DNA from: Acidobacteriota bacterium
GTDB taxonomy: Bacteria > Acidobacteriota > Thermoanaerobaculia > Multivoradales > UBA5704
Length of the DNA stretch: 64,000 nt
NCBI GenBank assembly: GCA_040005235.1
Contig: JBDTZG010000006.1
Location: 32,001 to 96,000 of the forward strand
Direction of reading: 5' to 3'
Shown here: positions 59,766 through 64,000 of the stretch, one piece after another
How the letters are laid out: the number at the start of each line of letters is the position of its first letter
Numbering within the stretch: the first letter of the stretch is position 1
Made by a program: the position numbers and the translations under genes
Notes under the pieces: model-generated
Database searches by the model: none
The model's input: only the letters and a program-made list of their open reading frames with translations
What the model was told of the DNA's origin: nothing

Positions 59766-62060
59766 TCAGCCGACCACCAGCTCGGCCGCCTCTTCGCTCC
59801 GCGCCATCTGGGCGGCGACTAGGCTCGCGTAGATCCCGTCTTGGGCCACCAGCTCGTCGTGCTGGCCCCGCTCGACCAGCAGGCCGTCGTCCATCACCAG
59901 GATCAGGTCGGCGGCGCGAATCGTCGACAGCCGGTGGGCGACCACGATGCGGGTGCAGTGGAGGGCTTCCAGCTCTTTTTGAATCCGCCGCTCGGTCACC
60001 GAATCGAGCGCGCTCGTCGCTTCGTCGAGCAGCAGGATCGCGGGCTTGCGGACCAGCGCCCGGGCGAGCGCCAAGCGCTGACGTTGGCCGCCCGAAAGCG
60101 AGGCGCCGCCGTCGGCGACCAGCGTTTCGTACCCCATCGCCATCGCCTGAACGTCGGCGTGAATGTGGGCTTTCTCCGCCGCCCGAGCGACGTCGGCGAG
60201 CGACAGGTCGGGATCGGCGAGGGCAATGTTGCCGCGGATCGAGCTGCCGAACAGGTAGGGATGCTGGGGGACCACGCCAATCTGGTTCCGGAGCGAACGG
60301 AACTCCAATTCGGCGAGGTCGAGCCCGTCGTACAGGATGCGCCCGGAGGTCGGCACGTAGAGGCCGACGAGCAGCCCGGCGAGCGTCGATTTGCCCGCGC
60401 CCGACTTTCCGACCAGGGCGACGAATGTGCCGGGGGGGATCTCGACCGAGACGTCCTTCACCACGAACGGCAGCGAAGGCCCGTAGCGGAATGCCACCTG
60501 CTCCAGCCGAATTGCTCCCGACAGGCGCGGCGTGCGCCGGACCTTGGTCAGGTCCTGCTCGGGCGGCGTCTCCATCACGTCGTTGATCCGCTCTAGGTAG
60601 CCGCCGAGCAGCTGGAGCTGGAATGCGGTCGAAACCAACGTCGAGAGCGGGGTGAGGAAGCCGTTTGCGAGTGCGTTCAACGCCAGCATGGTGCCGAGGG
60701 TGAGCTCGCCGTTCAGCACTTGGTGCGCGCCGAACAGCATGATCACAAGCGGCGAGCCGCTCTGAAGAGCGGCGAGCATCGCGTCGACCAGCGCCTGCAA
60801 CCGGCCGCGGGCGAGCGAGACGTTCAGGGTGTCGACGAACAGGTGCGACCAGTGCTCGACCGCCCGCTGCTCGGTGCCGCTCGCCTTGAGCGTCTCGATG
60901 CCTGAGAGCATCTGCACCTGATAGGTCTGCGACGCCGCCTGCGCCTGGAGCGACTCGGACATCAGATCGCCAGTCTTCCGGCGCGCGGCGAAGAAGAGGA
61001 TCAGCCGCAAAACGCCGAGCCCCAGGACCAGCAGTCCCATCGACGGCGACGCGGCGAAGACGAACACGAGATAGAGGACGACCAGCGTGCCGTCGAGTAC
61101 GCCGGACAGAGCGCCCGAGGTGAGGATTTCGCGCACCGTGGCGTTCGAGTTCAGGCGCATCATCAGGTCGCCCGCCGAACGCTGTTGGAAGAACAGGTAG
61201 GGCAGGTTGACCAGGTGGTCGAGGAAATCGAGCGTCATCTGCGCGTCGAGCCGGGTGCGCAACGCGAGTAGCAGGTAGGAGCGCACGAGGGAGGCGAAGT
61301 ACTGGAACAGGACGATCGCGCCGAGCCCGATCGCGAGCAGTTGGAGGAGCGACAGATCCCCCTGCGGCAGGACGCGGTCGACGATCATCCCGGTGAGCAC
61401 GGGCAGAGCGAGCGCGAGCAGTTGGACCAGGACGGAGATCGCGACCACCCGGCCGAGCCAGCCGGACTGGCTGAACAGTTGCCGCAGGTAGCGGCGCACG
61501 CCGGAGGGGCGTTTGTCCGCCGGCTCGAACGCCTCGCCCGGCTCGAACATCAGCGCGACGCCGGTGAACGCGGTGCGCGCCTCTTCGAACGGCACTACGC
61601 GCCGGCCGCCACCGGGATCGACGATCGCCAGGCGATTGCCCGAGAGCAGCCGCTCGAACACGACGAAGTGGTTGAACCGCCAATGCAGGATGCTGCCCGG
61701 ATCGACGAAGCGGAGATCCTCGATCCGCTCGACCTTCACCCCGCGCCCGCGCAGGCCGAACCACTCGCCGCCGCGCAGGATCGATGGGGCCGAGGCTCCC
61801 TCGCGGCCAAAGCCGACGATCTCGCGCACCTCGTCGAGCCGCATATTTTTGCCGTGGTAGCCGAGCACCATGGCCAGGCAGGCGGAGCCGCAATCGGACG
61901 CCGCCGTCTGCTGGACGTAGGGGACGCGCTTCTTTCCGCCGGCCCAGGCGGTGAGGCGGGTGAGCGCCGGGAAGCGGCCGACGAGGCCGCCTTTAGCTCG
62001 CGGAAGAGTTGGTCCGCCGTCAGGAGAGGAATCCTTCGCCGGCTCCACGGGGGCCGCCAT
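59766..62060 (-). CDS. peptidase C39-containing ABC transporter (PCAT)
   Basis: QQTAASDCGSACLAM and HWRFNHFVV C39 motifs, TM domain, [29 protein letters not shown] overlaps the upstream stop. Confidence 0.95.
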   Translation of the reverse strand: MAAPVEPAKDSSPDGGPTLPRAKGGLVGRFPALTRLTAWAGGKKRVPYVQQTAASDCGSACLAMVLGYHGKNMRLDEVREIVGFGREGASAPSILRGGEWFGLRGRGVKVERIEDLRFVDPGSILHWRFNHFVVFERLLSGNRLAIVDPGGGRRVVPFEEARTAFTGVALMFEPGEAFEPADKRPSGVRRYLRQLFSQSGWLGRVVAISVLVQLLALALPVLTGMIVDRVLPQGDLSLLQLLAIGLGAIVLFQYFASLVRSYLLLALRTRLDAQMTLDFLDHLVNLPYLFFQQRSAGDLMMRLNSNATVREILTSGALSGVLDGTLVVLYLVFVFAASPSMGLLVLGLGVLRLILFFAARRKTGDLMSESLQAQAASQTYQVQMLSGIETLKASGTEQRAVEHWSHLFVDTLNVSLARGRLQALVDAMLAALQSGSPLVIMLFGAHQVLNGELTLGTMLALNALANGFLTPLSTLVSTAFQLQLLGGYLERINDVMETPPEQDLTKVRRTPRLSGAIRLEQVAFRYGPSLPFVVKDVSVEIPPGTFVALVGKSGAGKSTLAGLLVGLYVPTSGRILYDGLDLAELEFRSLRNQIGVVPQHPYLFGSSIRGNIALADPDLSLADVARAAEKAHIHADVQAMAMGYETLVADGGASLSGGQRQRLALARALVRKPAILLLDEATSALDSVTERRIQKELEALHCTRIVVAHRLSTIRAADLILVMDDGLLVERGQHDELVAQDGIYASLVAAQMARSEEAAELVVG

Positions 62061-64000
62061 CAGCGTCGACCTCCGCCGAGCAGGACGCGAAGGCCCGGAA
62101 TCAGCGCGGTCGCGAGCGGCTCGGAGCGAAGGCTCACCTCGGCGTTGCCCCACATGCCGTCATAGAACGCGTACCGGTGGCCGTCGACCGTGAATCCCGA
62201 CTCGGGCAGCCGCGCCCAGGCGAACACCACCGGGCCGGAAATCTGCGCCCCTTCTCCAACCCCCGAGCCGAGCATACGCCGGGCCTCTTCGGGGCCAAGC
62301 ACCTCGTCGCTCACCGACTCGATCTGCAACCGCTGGTAGGCATAGCGAAAGCCATCGAGCTCCAGGCGGATCGGCAGTCCCGCCTCTAGCTGCGGCCGGA
62401 CCTTGCCGGGCAAAAGCACGGCGACCCGCGGTGCGCCGCCGGTCTGCGCGCCGGTCGAAAGCGATGCGATCACTTGGCCCGGAACCACCTGCTGCCCGGC
62501 GCGGACCCGGACGTCGGCGACCACCCCGGCGCGCGGCGCGCGCACGTCGCGCTCGGCTAGCCGCGATTTCGCCAGCTCGATCTGGCCGGCGAGGCCGATC
62601 AACGCCGATTCGGCGCCCCGATCGCCGGGATCGCGCAATCGGGAGGCGAGTTGCAGCTCGAACTCTCCTTCCAGCTGCGAAAGCTCGGCCGCCTCCGGTC
62701 CGCCGTAGAGATGGACCAGGGTGGCTCCTTCCGCCACCCGGGTGCCGGGCGGCGCCTCGATCGAGGCGACCGTTCCGGCGGCGGTTGCGGTGATCTCGCT
62801 CCGCCCGCCGAGCCGGATGACGGCGACGCCGGTCGAGCGCTCGTGAATCCGGCCGAAGATCAGGAACAAAAGGCCGATTCCGGCCATCCCGAGCAGCAGC
62901 CACGACGCCCAATCGATCCAGACCGGCGAAATGCGCAGAAGATCGCCCTCCTTCCGCGCCGAGGTCATGTGAAAGTCGAGTGCCTCTTCGCGGAAGACGT
63001 CGAGCGCCCCTTCGCGCAGCTGGCGCTCCTCGCGCTTGCCCTGCTCGGCGAGCCGCGATTCGAGGGCGAGCTGGGCGAGAGCTGGGGCCGCCCGCTCGGC
63101 GTAGAGCGCCAACGCCGCGCGATCGGCGGCGGAGAACGGTTCGGCACCCGGATCGCGCAGGGCGGCAAGCACCGCGATGACCGGAGCCGGGACTGGCGGA
63201 GCTCCGGGAACCGCCTGGCCGTCGGGGGACGGCCCGCCCGCGGCGGGATCGCGCACCGCGATCGCGGCGAACGGCCCTTGACCGGAACCTTCCGGATCGT
63301 CGGCCTCGCGCTCGAAGCGGGGATCGTCCGCCAGCCGCGCCGCCGCGACCGACCGGCCGGTGCGCGCGACGAAGCTGACCACGCCGACCGCCGCGCTCTC
63401 GCGCCGCTCCTCGGCGGACATGCCGCCCCGCCGCTCCCAAAGCACCTCGGTCTCGGCGTCGTACAGCAGTACGTGGGCGCGGGAGGCGCCGATCAGATCG
63501 GCCAGGTCCTCGCGTACCAGATAGGCCACGGCGGCCGGGTCGCGCTCGCCCGCCAGCCGGCCTGCGGCGGTGAGCACCCGCCGCGAAAGCTCCGCCCGCT
63601 CGTCACGCTTTGGCACCGGAAGGGCAACGGTCCCGGCGAGCGCGAGCCCTTCGGCCTGCGGCTTGACCGGGTTCGCGGCCTTGGCCGGCACCCGGTCGGT
63701 GAAGTCGTCCTGGATGCGTAGCGCCCGGAACCGGGAGATCGCGCTTTCGAGCAGAGCGGAAAGATCCTCGCCGCCGATCGACTGCAGGCTGAGGAAGAAG
63801 ATCCGGTCCTCGTCGATCAGCTCCTGGAAGACGGCGGGATCGGGGCCGCCGGAGGCGAGAAGATGGAGAGTACGTGCCTCCGGAAAGCGTTCGCGCAGCG
63901 ATTCCAGCAGATGCCGCGCCGGGAGACCCGAAAATCCGGGCCCCAAGGCGAGCACCGCCACTTCGCCGTCTGTCTCGGCCCGGGCAAAGCGCGCGATGAC
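62060..64000 (-). CDS. HlyD-like adaptor with N-terminal receiver-like and GAF domains (5' end beyond the window)
   Basis: Frame open to base 64000. GAF-like GVVSFVARTGRSV..DDPRFEREAD, FREEAL plus TM helix, lipoyl motifs VRAPRAGVVADVRV, LELDGFRY. Confidence 0.82.
   Translation of the reverse strand, partial: VIARFARAETDGEVAVLALGPGFSGLPARHLLESLRERFPEARTLHLLASGGPDPAVFQELIDEDRIFFLSLQSIGGEDLSALLESAISRFRALRIQDDFTDRVPAKAANPVKPQAEGLALAGTVALPVPKRDERAELSRRVLTAAGRLAGERDPAAVAYLVREDLADLIGASRAHVLLYDAETEVLWERRGGMSAEERRESAAVGVVSFVARTGRSVAAARLADDPRFEREADDPEGSGQGPFAAIAVRDPAAGGPSPDGQAVPGAPPVPAPVIAVLAALRDPGAEPFSAADRAALALYAERAAPALAQLALESRLAEQGKREERQLREGALDVFREEALDFHMTSARKEGDLLRISPVWIDWASWLLLGMAGIGLLFLIFGRIHERSTGVAVIRLGGRSEITATAAGTVASIEAPPGTRVAEGATLVHLYGGPEAAELSQLEGEFELQLASRLRDPGDRGAESALIGLAGQIELAKSRLAERDVRAPRAGVVADVRVRAGQQVVPGQVIASLSTGAQTGGAPRVAVLLPGKVRPQLEAGLPIRLELDGFRYAYQRLQIESVSDEVLGPEEARRMLGSGVGEGAQISGPVVFAWARLPESGFTVDGHRYAFYDGMWGNAEVSLRSEPLATALIPGLRVLLGGGRR

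Overview
GC-rich bacterial chromosomal window, most consistent with Acidobacteriota (Thermoanaerobaculia-like). This is inferred from an ADOP permease, GGVxGGV low-complexity tracts and a DUF3857 pair. It holds a core macromolecular-synthesis cluster (rpsU-mutS2-dnaG-rpoD-FYDLN-folK), housekeeping and envelope genes (AmgK-like kinase, tatA, lytic transglycosylase, SWIB, TerC, ggt, pntAA, HelY-like helicase, a YdcSTUV/PotABCD-like ABC importer, larE/larB), two ECF sigma modules, many toxin-antitoxin genes and remnants, a two-gene AT-richer island, a giant secreted ExeM/NucH nuclease, and the end of a peptidase-containing ABC (C39) export locus. I saw no rRNA, tRNA, CRISPR-cas or transposase. 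The most unusual signals are: (1) an indel-free array of 19 x 21-bp units with a palindromic core and variable spacer (52707-53105) upstream of the nuclease; (2) a RelE-like TA pair bracketed by two 52-bp direct repeats whose hairpins covary; (3) a pseudo-receiver/GAF/HlyD adaptor translationally coupled to a C39 exporter; (4) a secreted protein with a Cys-rich, Gly-tailed C-terminus in the island; (5) a candidate PVxLxxFxVE C-terminal sorting motif. All family calls come from motif recognition by eye, not database searches.
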